Part shown: positions 1-14,089 of the stretch, piece after piece | Position numbering within the stretch: position 1 is the first letter of the stretch | How the letters are laid out: every line of letters starts with the position of its first letter | Source: Octopus bimaculoides | Lineage: Eukaryota | DNA: 64,000 nt | Assembly (NCBI RefSeq): GCF_001194135.2 | Contig: NC_068984.1 | Location: 35,093,142 to 35,157,141 of the forward strand | Direction of reading: 5' to 3' | Program-made: the position numbers and the translations under genes | The notes under the pieces: generated by a model | What the model saw: the letters and a program-made list of their open reading frames with translations, nothing else | Database searches by the model: none | Told to the model about the DNA's origin: nothing

Positions 1-2743
1 TTTGAAAACTAACCAATCTACCTCTACACCTCCCCATTCACTCTATTCCATTTCATACTCAATTCTTTACAATAACACCCTCTCCAATACCACCTCAATT
101 CCTTTTTCTCATTAACTATTCTGACCAACTTCCTATCTCCCATTCTATCCCCCAATCTCCTCTTTTTCCTCTCTACATACCTTAAATATCTACCTCAGCC
201 ACTGAACCATTCAACGTATTCCCCTCAAGTAATAGCCATTCTCATTTTCATTATCTCAAACTTAGAACCTACACCCTTCATACAAAGTAACGCAAAGGTT
301 GCCATTCATATGCTACCTAAACCACCCTTCCCTCTTCTATCCAACTTCCACCTCTACTACTAGCCTCATTAATAAGACCTAACCCTGAAATATTTTCTCC
401 TCCCACTACTCTCTATCTTAGTACCTTCCAACACTTCCTTTTAATACACTTAGTTCTCCACAAAATCATTCCATCTTTAATCTCCTTTCTATCAAAAACT
501 CAAATGTAAAAATTTTCCCTGAAGAATGAGGCTGGTGTTATCCGATGATCGAATCCATTTACAATCATTATTTTGGACCACCAAAACCCTCAGAAACAGC
601 TTTTGCATTCGTAAAACACATATTCAACCCCTTGGATTCCTGATATTATTTCTATTTTGTGTAATTGGCACCTTTTTACATATTTTGTATTAAAAGTACT
701 TAATATTTGTTGTATATTGACGTTCTTATTTTTACTCTTCTACCTGCTCAAGTTTAAGTCCCTACGAAGTCTATGCTATACGTAGAATAGCTGTCTGTCG
801 TACATATATATAGGAGAGTATTGTAGTTAGCATACACACATACACACTCACACACACATACACATAACTCTATATTAGTCACATAAACAAACTTCAATAT
901 CATAAGTTGACGAAACAATGTTACTACAGAGAAAATAAAGTGAAAGGAAAAGTGTTGTTTTGTTATTAGATCTTGCGCTTGAAGCATTAATTTCCTTAAG
1001 GAATCAACCGAGTGTACGTTTTCTGAACAAGTATTTACAAGAATTAATATCATGGAAAATTTTAATTGTCACGAACCATACATCAGGGTACCACTACCCC
1101 GTAACCCGACACCTACTCTAGAAAGGTGTAAAATTTTAATCTTGTGCAACAAGAATTTAGGAAATCTGTCAAACCATTGTTGTTTGTTGTAATTGTCCTG
1201 AAACCATTAAGAATACCTATAACTTACATAGCAATCGAATAAATGGGAAATCCATATGTGAAAGGAAAATTTTATGAATTGGTAACAAAGTTCGTGGTTA
1301 CAAAAGATAGTCTCATCTATTGTTAGCATCAAATGTCCTTGAGAATTTGAAACGTAAGGAATTGCTTGTCATTTTGATACTCCCCCGAACGCAACTTGAA
1401 ATCTATTGTGTCAGTTATCCGGAAATCTAACAAAATCTTCGTTATGCAGGATTTGCTTACCAAAAAGTTCGCTGGGCACTTCTGTCGCTTAGGCAAACAT
1501 TAATCCTCGTCATTGCCTAGAATCAATCTAGAATCACATCATATGTACATAGCTATGAAAGATTTTTTCCTTTCCACAAAACCTGACACCATTTCTATAG
1601 TTTATGGACGAAAGAGTTACCTCATGGAATATTCTTTCAGAACTTCAAATCAGCGAATCTGAATGCCTGTTGATAAATACCATTTAGTTAATGTTATGTC
1701 TCAAGGTACTGCTATCTAGCACATTCGGATGATCTCTACTCAACCGCTACACGATGGCTACTCAACTCCCTACCACTGTCAGACTACCTCTATTTATACG
1801 TCTTGGGCGATCCTACTTCTTCGCTTGGGGACGTCGACACAACAGTTAACGAGTTACGGCTACAATTCAACGGTGTACAAATAATAAACTATTAAAGTAC
1901 CTGGAAAAAGTTAAACACATATGTTACATTGAGCGAAAGGTTGTGTCCAGATTTTTGTAACGAAGACTGAAGTATACAACATATCAGTCTCAATTAGAAG
2001 TAACATTTTATAAATGTCTCAGACTGCGATTTAAATCACATATTGATAAGGAAGTACTCATTTGAGAAACCTAAAATGTGCTAAGTGACCGCAAATGTCT
2101 GGTTTAGATAGCGGAGAAGTGGTACTCCAAAAAGCCATTTTAAATAAAAGTGGACTTGTCAAAAACCATATAGATCGTCTTTTACAGTGATTTTCAGAAA
2201 ATGAACCAATATTTGATAGAAACATGCATGTTAATGGTTCACTGATGGTAGCACTAAATTGTCACAGGGAAGAACTTCAGGTTCAGAGAAAGAAGACGAT
2301 GGAATCAAAACTTGAGACATGTAATTTTTAAAATAAAATAGGAAAAACATTTACAGTTGTGCCATACGTTGTTTTTATTGTTTCATGTTCTTGTGTAAAG
2401 TAAAAATAAATGTCTGTTATTTTTATTGAATAACATATAATGTTCTTCAAATGATATCTTTCAATATATTGCGTGTATAATTATTGACTGAATTACGCAT
2501 AACTTTATTCGAATTGCTTTTTCTATTTATGCAGAAGCAAAAGAAGCCTACTATATTTTAAATTATTGTACATTTCTTTTAAGTAAAATAACGTATCTCC
2601 GTAAAAGCTATTCTATATTTTATATTCCTCTGGTAACGAAGTTTCAAAAATCGAAGTAAAAATTAACCGAATTCGTTGAAGGTATTGTGTGTCTGTGTGT
2701 GATTGCTGTGTACGTGTGTATGTATACGAATGTGTATTTGCAA

Positions 2744-2815
<72 letters not shown>

Positions 2816-4926
2816 CCCCCCACGTATATATATATGTATATATACAGATAGATATATGGAGGGAGAGATCAAAAACATCGAGCTATTTGAATACATTAGA
2901 AACAGAAGGGAATTATAATCTGCTGCTAGAGTTTATTCAATATACAAACAGAAATATGATGTTCGAGAATACGTTGATATGTGTGTGTGCGTGTAACTGT
3001 ATGTACACATAGATACACACAGACACACAAACACAAACACGCACACACACACACTCATACACATGGTTATTTCATATTGTTGATTTACGCACATTTTCCC
3101 GCTACACACATTCACACACGCACATTTATATGTACTCTGCACATTGTTTTCTCTACCTTATCATCTTTCCTTTTGTCCATCTCCCCCTTTCCTCTACAAT
3201 CTGAGCTAATGTCTCTAGACCGATTCAGCATCACTAATATTTCTTCTCTGATAAAGTTTGACGAAAACACACTTAGATGAAACCCCATGGCTATGTTGTA
3301 AGAATTCGAAAAAATCTAATTATATATATGTGTGTGTGTGTGTGTCTATGTATATAGATACATATATTTATATATATATTCATATATGTATATATATATA
3401 TATATNNNNNNNNNNNNNNNNNNNNNNNNNNNNNNNNNNNNNNNNNNNNNNNNNNNNNNNNNNNNNNNNNNNNNNNNNNNNNNNNNNNNNNNNNNNNNNN
3501 NNNNNNNNNNNNNNNNNNNNNNNNNNNNNNNNNNNNNNNNNNNNNNNNNNNNNNNNNNNNNNNNNNNNNNNNNNNNNNNNNNNNNNNNNNNNNNNNNNNN
3601 NNNNNNNNNNNNNNNNNNNNNNNNNNNNNNNNNNNNNNNNNNNNNNNNNNNNNNNNNNNNNGAGAGGGAGAGAGAGAGAGAGAGAGGGAGAGAGAGAGAG
3701 AGAGAGACTATTAAAGCATAGGTAGTTCTAAGTAGGTGGTGTATATCGTTATTACATAGCCACTGTTTACATTATTACGCTTCTGGTAGCAGCTGTTCCA
3801 CATTGGTGCTTAATCGGGATACACCAAGTATTCACATACTAACATCCGTAGTAAACCTTGCATACACATCATTTATCCCACACTAACTTCACCATTTATA
3901 AGCAATGTTAGATACAATTTAAGCGATCAGAGACGGCGCGGAAATGAAGGAGATCAGTTCCTCAAGCTACTGGAGATATCAGCAACATCTTCCTGCTACG
4001 TTCTATCATTAGAAAATATATACTGGTATAGACTGTATCAGAAAAAATACAGATTGGTCATTGATAGAATATCTTTCATTTTAGCGTTGTTCGATTATGA
4101 GCTAAACAACGATATTAAAAATACAGTATTATGCCTCCACCAAAATATGGCCTATTGTTTTGAAGCCGTTGTATGATTGGAACCTTTTTTTTTTATCTAG
4201 ACCTGTGATGTCAACATAGTTTCGTTGTGAAAATCTTGTGTAATATTACAAAGCTCAAAAGGCCATTAGGTACATTTTACGGAAAATATCTGTCTCTCTA
4301 ATTTTGAGTAATTGTAACAATGTTTGCTTCAGAGAGATGGAAGGAGTTTATCCATATTTAGAAACTCATATTATAACTAATTGTTTTGAAAATGATGAAT
4401 ATATTTTTTATGAAAATAAATTACATTTGAAAAAATTCTTATCACGCGAAACTCTCAACTTTATCAGATAGTATTGAGTTCCTCAACTATTCTTTGCATT
4501 AAATCGATTTACATGAATAAAATATAAAATTAAGAACAGATAGATTTGAAATGAAATTGGCTAGCGACGAAACTAAATATGAACATATTTTAATATACGA
4601 AACTATATTTAACGATTTCAAGTATATGCATTACCATGGCGACAAAAAATTACAATAGAATCTACGTGGTAGCTTAATCAATTACTGATATCCGCACATT
4701 CTTCTTCAAGCCACACCCTACACGTTACACGTTACAAATCTAGTCTAAGATATACTAAATAGATGAAGTGATTTATGTTAGTAAACTATTTTGCGCTTAA
4801 TTCTACATTACCAGATTTGGCCTTAATTTATATAACATCATATGCAACAACAACAACAACACAACCAACGACTAGACTGTCTATATAACCACCACTGTAT
4901 CCAACATCACTACCAGTGGTGTAAAC

Positions 4927-5091
4927 CAGTGGTTCCCAACCTGTTCACTACCAAAGACACATTTTATTTAAATGACTTTTCCTACGGACCCCAGGATATT
5001 GAAAGATCTGCTAGCTTAACATGTTCGCGGACCCCTAGTTCTACTTTTGCGGAACACCAAGGGTCCGCGGACCGCAGGTTGGGAAACACTA
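4927..5091. mobile_element. hAT (Charlie-like) MITE, 165 bp
   Basis: TIRs CAGTGGTTCCCAACCTG / CAGGTTGGGAAACACTA. 8-bp target duplication GTGTAAAC (4919-4926) / GTCTAAAC (5092-5099) with one mismatch. No coding capacity. Confidence 0.85.
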
Positions 5092-5158
5092 GTCTAAACT
5101 ATGACCATTTGCAATAAACCACGACAATGGCACTTCATCAACATCATCTTTAACTTTA

Positions 5159-6387
5159 AGAGGGTGAACTGAAAACTTCATAGACTGAGTATGAAATATT
5201 TATGCTAGAGCTGTGAAATATTGATTTCACTAATTTCAACACTTCTTATTAATAACTGCATTTTTTTTCTTTCCAGGTCAACTGCCATCTAACTGTTCAA
5301 AGAAGACTTGAAATGTAACTAATAGCGACTTTTCATGAAAGTAGAAAACAAAATTGACATCGTGGTATTATCAAATGCCTGCAGAAAAATTGTTTAGACT
5401 CCAATGAGAGTCAGATTGACATGGCTGCAACAGTGTAAATGTCGGCGGCTGAATTTAGAAGAGGAAGGAAGAATCTTGAAGATTACCTAAGGTTATGCCG
5501 TTCCCACCACCAAGGAAACATTGATCGTGTTCACCGCATACTGATGGAGGAAGGCGATTGACTATAAATCAAATAGCCAATGCTGTTCGCATATCCCTTG
5601 AGAGATCTGAGAATATTCTGCACGATGAACTTGGTATGATGAAGGTTACTGCTCGATGGGTGCTACGTCTCCTGACACCTGATAGAAAGCATACTAGGCC
5701 GATTACATCAGGGTTCTGGCATTGTTTGAAGCAGATCCAGCTGTTTCCTTGAACATTTCCTTACCCAGGAAAACGTCATCGGTTTGAGCCAGAGTCAAAG
5801 AGACAATTAATGCAGTGGAAATACCCCTCCACACCTGCTCTAAAATGGCCGAGGTCATTGAATCTGCAGGGAAGGTGATGTTCTCAATCAGTATTCCAGG
5901 ACGAAAAGGAACTGTGTTTATTAGTAATCTGCAAAAGAGCTACACCATCAATGGAAAGATTATGCCAACTTGCTAAGGCATTTACAAATGACCAACAAGA
6001 CTAAACGACTAGGGAAACTGAGGAGAATAGTTTGTTTGATTAGGGCAATGTTCCAGCATACAAGTCCTTGCTTCCAAAGGCAGCTGCGTGTGACTGAGGA
6101 TCACTGTCCCTATTCTCCTGAATTTGCCCAACTTGAATATAATCTCTTCTATACTATGAAAATCATTTGGGGGAAGACCACTATCGCAGTGATGACGTCA
6201 TAACTGCTTTTAATAACATTTTCGACCAGCAGACCGAAAGTTTCTTCACCAATGGGATCTATGTACTGCACCACCTTTGAAGTGACTGTGTGCACGGAAA
6301 TGGGGACTATGTTGGAAGCTAAACCTCATGTGATCATATTCCATAAAATTATATTGATCAGTCTCTGAACTCTTCAGTCGACCTTCG
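5159..6387 (+). mobile_element. Full-length degenerate mariner (Tc1/mariner) transposon with a frameshifted transposase pseudogene
   Basis: About 30-bp TIRs (AGAGGGTGAACTGAAAACTTCATAGACTGA vs rc of TCAGTCTCTGAACTCTTCAGTCGACCTTCG), TA at the left end. Peptides ILHDELGMMKVTARWVLRLLTPD (WVPRLL motif), FEPESKRQLMQWK and DHCPYSPEFAQLEYNLF (YSPDLAP motif). About 1.23 kb. Confidence 0.92.
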
Positions 6388-6471
6388 TTGTATGCGAAAT
6401 AAAGTTTGCATTAATACAAATATCAAGATCGTTTGCTTTACCATAATTTTCCTACTGTCTTTACTCTTTCA

Positions 6472-6509
<38 letters not shown>

Positions 6510-7670
6510 CATACTCTCTCTCTCTCTCTCTCTCTCACGCACACATACACACACACAACCATAATGTGTATTTATGTGTATGTATATAGACAGACACATA
6601 TATATATATATATATATAATTTCACTGAATGTCCTCCTACAGAAGGAAATTGCATTCACTTACTACTTCTAAAATATGATGTGATTATGATGATGACGAC
6701 TTTGACGAGAACAGCAATAATGGTGTTAATGATGTCAACGACTATGGCGGAGATGAAAAGTTTTGCGAATTAACATAAAAACTCTGCAGCTCTCGCTGCT
6801 GCTTGGCTGAGGCTGGTGTTGGTGTCAAGATGGGCGATTATAGTAATGAGTCGATAATGATGGTGATAACGGACGTTTATGATAATGTTGCTGATGGTAA
6901 TTATGATTATGTGAAGGAATCATTACAATGATGTTGATGACAAATGTTAATTTTGAAGTTATAGTTTGACACTGCTTTGAAAGCGACGACGATGATGATG
7001 ATTACTATGATTACTATTTCGATTATTCTGGTGATGATCAGATCGGTAGATAACAATAATGATATGATAATTTAATATTAACATAATAGCAGTAATAATG
7101 ATTATATTTATGATAATATTGATAATGTTGACTGATAGTAATCATGGCGTCAGCAAAAATTGTGGTTAAATTAGTATAAATCAATAACTAGGGTCATTTT
7201 AATAAACTAATTTTCATCTAAAATGCACGAGTTGCCCACCAGAGAGTATGAACTATGCATGATTTCTTCTTCACTTCGAAATCGTTTGAGTACTTGCGAT
7301 AGGCTCGAACGTTCTATAGATTTAAATCCTTTTATAACGCTACTAAAGGCAGAGACACAACAAATATTCATTATGCTTCTTCCATTTCTGTACCTAGACT
7401 GAATTTCAGACAAAACTGTCGCGATTTTCCCACTCAGTCTGTAGAACAACACAGCTAAGCTGTATTGTATATATCAATATATATTAGATGTACTTGATAT
7501 ACTTTCCGATTATATCTAGCAGAGAAATGTTTCTATAGTACTAGTATTCATTCTTATTAAGCTTTTAGAATATGAGAATCATGCTAGCAGCATTCTGTCT
7601 TTGTGAGACTTTTTCAGCTTCATTTAATCCCAGCCACAACTGTTGGAGACATCTAGAGTACGTGAATACG

Positions 7671-7706
<36 letters not shown>

Positions 7707-8129
7707 TTTAAGTCACAATATATGGATTCAACTAATATTGGGTTCTCCCATAAATAATGCGGTTTGTTTTTAATTGCATGAACTAAAAGTCGGAGGGAGA
7801 CGGGATAAACTATCTTCATCAACTTGCTATAAAAGCATGCAGTAATTTACATTGTCATTATTCTTAATGAAAGTGTTGAAAAGTGCAGTTCGATTTTAAT
7901 AGTTATTTTTTCAAAGCTATAAAGTAAGTGACAAAGGAACATATTTGGCATATACAGCTGCCCGACTGGGTCGAACTACAAATTTTAGAAGGTAGTTAAC
8001 CTCAATGTGAAATTTGTGGGACCACAAACCATATTCGAGAATTATTTCCCCAACACCACCCCTGCTAACAACAAAGCACCTTCAACAAAAGCAGTAGGAG
8101 ATACCATATACCACACCTGCATAATCATT

Positions 8130-8175
<46 letters not shown>

Positions 8176-9307
8176 ACAGAAATATCAGAGACAGCAAGAA
8201 CACTAAAATTAGCGTCAGTTAGAAACTCAACAGCAGCACCAACAATCATGCCAGCAACTGCGAAACAAACAAGACTGCTACATACGACAACAACGAAAAC
8301 AGCTGAGACAACAGCAGCCTTAGCAATCTCAGAATTACCATCACCACTGATATTAACAAGAAAAATGAGACAACCAACCTGAAAGTCGCCCAACCTAGCT
8401 TTCCCTCTTACCCACTCTGAAAATCACTCAAATATACACTCACTCCTCAAGACAGAATCCACATACACTAGTGTTTCCCCATCTCGAAGTGAATTTCAGG
8501 AGGAAACAAAAAGCACAACAATATAAAAAAAAAAGATGACAGAAAGAAAACACAAGGCCTCACATCAACACCCAAACCAGAAAACATTCTCAGAAGAACA
8601 GACCCATTGCGAACAACACAAACCCCATCACCTCTAAAACCGTCAACAAAATCACCGCTCCCACCACCAGCACCACCAGCACCACCAACGCATTGACAAC
8701 TACACCTTGCCTCCAAATGAAAGCTCTCACAACATAGTCAATAACACAGACACAAAATTCATGCGCGTGAGGAGAACGAACAAAGATTTGAAGCCCCTCA
8801 TAGCACGAAATAAAGATATTGGGAAAAGGGAGTTTAATTTGTGACTCTGTAAACCAGAGTTAAACTTATAACAAGAAAAGAAAGTGTTAGAAAAAAAGAC
8901 ACGGTCAGAATACATATATATGTATGTAAGTATGTATGTATGTATATATATANNNNNNNNNNNNNNNNNNNNAGCAACATATTTACCGAAAGCGAGGGAA
9001 TGCAGCTTTCAAAATTTATCTCTTAAAAACATTTAACTTAACGGTAAACCACTGGTTTCTCAATCAATACAGAATAACTGTGAAGTAACCTGCATCTTTT
9101 GTTCTTCAATACACGTATGGTCGAGATACATAAAAATAAACAAAAATCAACATACCACGATGCACCCAACACAGTACGATGACTTCTGTTCATAATCATA
9201 TATCCGTGAAAGAGATCTGAATTTATCCGGTTGCATGTCAGTAACATGTGCTTATACAGAATAATATTCAGCACTGAATATATTCTAATTATTTATAATA
9301 TAATATA

Positions 9308-9730
9308 GGATAAAATCTTTATAAGAATTTATCAAGTAGTCAGCGTGAAAAAACCTCATAATGAAAAAAAATCATCATTTTTTACATAAATATATATAAT
9401 TTATATAAAGGGCGTTAACTGTGTAGTAATGCTTCACGCTTCGAGGGACTAAATAAGTCAAAAACTACCAAAACATAAGCAACATATTTACCGAAAGCGA
9501 GGGAATGCAGCTTTCAAAATGTATCTCTTAAAAACATTTAACTTAACGGTAAACCTCTGGTTTCTCAATCAATACAGAATAACTGTGAAGTAGCCTGCAT
9601 CTTTTGTTCTGCAGTACACGTATGGTCGAGTTACATAAAAATAAACAAGAATCAACAAAATGATGAATTTTGTTAATTATGAGGTTTTTTCACGCTGACT
9701 ACTTGATAAATTCTTATAAAGAGTTTATCC
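9308..9730. mobile_element. Non-autonomous TIR element (MITE, possibly MULE-derived) with ~75-90 bp inverted ends
   Basis: GGATAAAATCTTTATAAGAATTTATCAAGTAGTCAGCGTGAAAAAACCTCATAAT at the left end is the reverse complement of ATTATGAGGTTTTTTCACGCTGACTACTTGATAAATTCTTATAAAGAGTTTATCC at the right end. Flanks TATAATATA / TATATTATA. Confidence 0.7.
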
Positions 9731-9735
9731 TATAT

Positions 9736-9788
<53 letters not shown>

Positions 9789-10319
9789 TATATCTAGATA
9801 TACATGCATACATACATACAAACATACATACATACATACATACATGCATACATACATATATATATATATATGTATACTGATTGTGGTTTTTTGTTATACG
9901 TTCTTTTCTTGTTATATGTTTTACTGTGGTTTACAGTTTTCGTAATTGTGCAGCGTGTATATATTGCCAGATGCTTACCTCCTTCATTTTTGTTTATTGT
10001 ACATAAAAGGTATGTTGCAATAAAAGGTATGTTTACATATTCGGGTAGTCATGGTGAAAAGAAAAAAGATGAAACTGTCACACCAAATTGTAGATACTAA
10101 ATAGTTGAACTTTTCTTGAGATGTTTGTTTGTATGTCGAACCAGGACTGTCTGTAGTATTTTTGCAATGAAAAGGCTGTTTACATTTTTGAATACTCAGG
10201 GAGAAAGGATAGGAAAGAAAAAGTGGGGAAAATTTTCCCAGAAAATTGTAGATATTAAAGTTTTAGAAGTCACTAAAGATGATCGTTTGTATGTCCGAAC
10301 ACAGAAAACTCTAATGTTC

Positions 10320-12400
10320 TTAGAATAAAAAGGATGCTTAAAATCTAGCACTGAATGTACACACCGTATCAACGAGGGAACTGACTTGGGCTTCATATTT
10401 ACCATAAAGTTTGGGTCAGCCATGAATTACCAATAGTTGACATTTTGTTGGCGGTTTTTGAATACATACCCAGCTTTTGCTTTCTTCAGTATCAGTGTTA
10501 GTGGTATCAAACACAGAGCAAATATCAATGTGGACAGGCAAACCCAATAGAAGTTGCCTCTCCTGATTTCTACTGTCCCGAAACTTCTTCTGTATGCCAT
10601 CAGGTGCGTCCTTCATTTCCCCATACTTTACCAAACAATCGCTAAACATTAAATGCAATACCAAATAGGTTCATATATTTCATTATCCAAGAGTGTGGGA
10701 TTATATCGTACACCTTACGATAGTCGGTCTATAACATGGGTAAGATAAATTTCTCCTCTTGCAGTCTCTAAGTACAGGTTTGTCTATCAGGAGTGGATCC
10801 TTGGTACCTCTGCACTTAGGCTTGCAAACCAACCCTTCTGCTCATGTGGTAGGTCTCCACATTTTTCCACAAGTTCGTACATTAAATCTGCGAGTATGTC
10901 AGTCAATAATTTCCACATAAGTGGCAAACAGGACGTCGGTCCGAAATTGTCTACCGTATTGCCTTTTTCTATGTTCTTCAGGCACAGCACTGTCCTACCC
11001 AATGTCAACTATTCTGGTGTTATTTCGTCGGCATTTAACAAGGTGTTGAGTTGCGCAGCTATTTGTGCATGACATTAAGTAAATCTTTTGATCCAGTAGC
11101 CTTCAACTGAATCTGGTCCCGGGGCGTTCAAGTTGCTCATTATTTTGCTGATTTCCTTCACTTTCCTAACTGAAATGACTAGTTATGCCTGTTTTGGATA
11201 GACTACTGCTTGTTTCAGCTCTTGCAACCATTGAGCATCCTTCTTGTGCCTCTTGTTTTGCTCTAAATTTCACTCCAAAACCTTTGACTTTCATTGTTAT
11301 CTGGTATCAACTATTCATCTGTACACTCTCCATTTATTTCTTCATCGAATTTCTTCTGACCTACTATGAATAAGCTATTCTGGTGTAAACCTTCATTCAT
11401 TAGTCGTATCTTACCATCTTATTTTTTCTTTGCCACGAGGCGCTGTTTCAATTCCTCCATTACCACTTTTAAGCCCTTTCTTTCAATATGATGCTTCCTT
11501 TTCGGTGCCCTGTATTTTTGTTCGCTTTTAAGCTCACCATTTTCGTTTCGGTCTGACACAGAATTTTCCTTCGAAAGCATATCTAACCCTGCCTGTATTC
11601 TTCTCTTCCACAATGGGTCTTTTCTTTTGTAACTCCCATATTTCTTTTTCTTGACATCAACACCCACGTTTTCTGATACAACAATACTTGCTGCCTTGAT
11701 CAATTATTTGCTTCTATGATATTGTTTGATCTGATGTATTTCAGAATTTCATTGACATTTTTTGTTTCTTGGCTCGATTTCCACCGATTAACCTTTTTAT
11801 GGTTGCGAATAATGATGCTATTTTTCTCCTGTAGTCTTGCTTTTATTCTGTCGTAGATTGCCATTTGTTCATCTGTCATGTCACCATTAGTTTTATTGTC
11901 TTCTTTCAGATCATCTTTATGTCTCTCACCAAGTAAACGACCACTGCTTCTTTCCTGTGCTATGATATTACTTCTATTAGTAAGAACTGCATTTTCATCG
12001 TTATTTCTGCTGCTCTTTTCCATGACCCGTCATTTGATAGCTTCGAGCTCTACATCTGTGAACCAACGATTTTTTCTAATTGCTCTAGCTTGATCGCATA
12101 GATTCTGTTCCGTGAGTTGAAAAATCTCTTCTCTCTTCAATGATCATACATACGTTGTCAGTAACTGCTAATTTGAGCCCCATCTTAATCTACCGGGATG
12201 CTCAGGTAGAAACACCCCATGACCACAGCATTTATTTGCTTGCTCCATCTACGCCGTGTGGGGTGATCCTTTTCTGGTTATCAACATGCTTCAGCCGATT
12301 CAGAATCTCTGAGCCTGCCGGGGACAACACTGTCACCATCAATGGCTTAAGCTTCATCACGAACGTTATTCAATATTTTGTGCTTTCATTGTCACTCATA
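10320..12400 (-). mobile_element. R4/Dong-type non-LTR retrotransposon, 5' region and RT, decayed
   Basis: Frameshifted peptides typical of this clade: [113 protein letters not shown]. Confidence 0.85.
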
Positions 12401-12619
12401 TGAGGTAGCGATTTTCAGGCTGCACAATTATCAATATTTTTATTGTAACACGATCACTAGGTGTATCATTAATCAAGGCATGGAGACGCTCTACCCGCTT
12501 CTTTTCGTTATCATTATTTTCATCATCACTGATATCACTGATACTATTGTTTTTTTTATTTATTTACTATTTGTCATTGTTATATTAACAGGCTCACATG
12601 TCACACAGAGGGGACAGTG

Positions 12620-12663
<44 letters not shown>

Positions 12664-13239
12664 TGGGCCTCAGATTCCTGTGCTATCAGAATAGTAGTAG
12701 TTGTAATATTAGCAACTGCAGCATGTCATCATTAATTTTATTTTTATCATTATCACCATCACTACCATTACTATTGTTATTATTATTATTTCCATTCATA
12801 ATTAAAAAGATTTTATTAAATGTTCTTTCTTTTCAACTTTTGTCCTATACTTGAAATTATCATAAATATGTGGTTCTTTAAGGAAACAGCTGTGGGAAGT
12901 CTAGCAGCTTGGTGAATAGATCAAATTCTACAGGCCTATAAATAGATTTGGAATATGGTGGCGAGGTCAGACATAGAAACAAAAGTATATTCGCACCCTT
13001 TGGGTCAGCAGAGGTCAATGTGTTTACTACTACCAGTGACCACTGAGAGAGCTGCATTTGGCCTTGAAAAGAAGCAATTCAACCTGTTCTGCTTGTAATT
13101 ACTGGTAGAAAAAACTATAATATNNNNNNNNNNNNNNNNNNNNNNNNNNNNNNNNNNNNNNNNNNNNNNNNNNNNNNNNNNNNNNNNNNNNNNNNNNNNN
13201 NNNNNNNNNNNNNNNNNNNNNNNNNNNNNNNNNNNNNTA

Positions 13240-13460
13240 TGTTGTGTATCTGTGTTTGTGCCCCCCAACATCGCTTGACAACCGATGCTTTGTGTGTTTA
13301 GGTCTCCGTAACTTAGCGGTTCGACAAAAAGAGACCGATAGAATAAGTACTAGGCTTACAAAAATAAGTCATTGGGTCGATGTGATTCGACTAAAGGCGG
13401 TGCTCCAGCATGGCCGCATTCAAATGACTGAAACAAGTAAAAGAAAAAATAGAAAGAAAA
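13240..13460 (+). mobile_element. 3' half of a microsatellite-containing tRNA-derived SINE (family A)
   Basis: GTGTTTGTGCCCCCCAACATCGCTTGACAACCGATG...GACCGATAGAATAAGTACTAGGCTTAC...CTCCAGCATGGCCGC..AAATGACTGAAACAAGTAAAAGA. Homologous to copies at 28.45-28.67 kb and 51.8-52.0 kb. Confidence 0.75.
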
Positions 13461-14089
13461 TACATATACTGATATTCACGTCGTTCAATTTCTGAATATC
13501 CGAATTCAGTTGTGTTGTTGCAATAAAATACATGTTTACTTATTTGGGTAGTCAGGGATAAGTTTCATACAAAATTTAATATATTAAAATTTTAAAGTTT
13601 TCTTGAGATGTTCGTTTGTCTGTCCAGTTGGAGAATACAGTTGTATTTTTGCAATAGAAAGATGTTTACATTTTCGAATACTCAGAGAGAAAGGAAAGTA
13701 TAGGTATTCAAAGAAGTTGTAGATATTACATTTTGTTTTTTTAAACTGATCTTTTGTGTTTTCGAAAACTATAGTTATGTAAGTTTCTGAACTTATTTTG
13801 AGAGAGATTTAAAATAATCACAGGAAATTGTAGATATTCCAGTCTTTGAGAATAATAGGAGTATGAGTTGTTCTTGTTGAACTTTTGAACTTTTGAATTT
13901 ATTTTTCTTTTTCTTTTGGAATTTTTCTTTTCTTTTTAAGAGTTTTGTTGTGGTGTACAGTTTTTATAGTTGTGCGTATGTATATATTAGCAGGTGCTTA
14001 CCTCATTAATTTTTTCTTTCGTGCATTTAATTGTGCTGTTACAGTAAAAGGCATTACAGTTCTATATTTAAGAGATAAGGAATTATGCA

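Noticed and set aside
900-2400. Possible decayed LINE ORF2 C-terminus
   Set aside because: Only vague peptide resemblance with stops in every frame; no diagnostic motif.
7207-7452. Overlapping short open frames on both strands in unique sequence
   Set aside because: No recognisable motif and no convincing splice pair; length is within chance.
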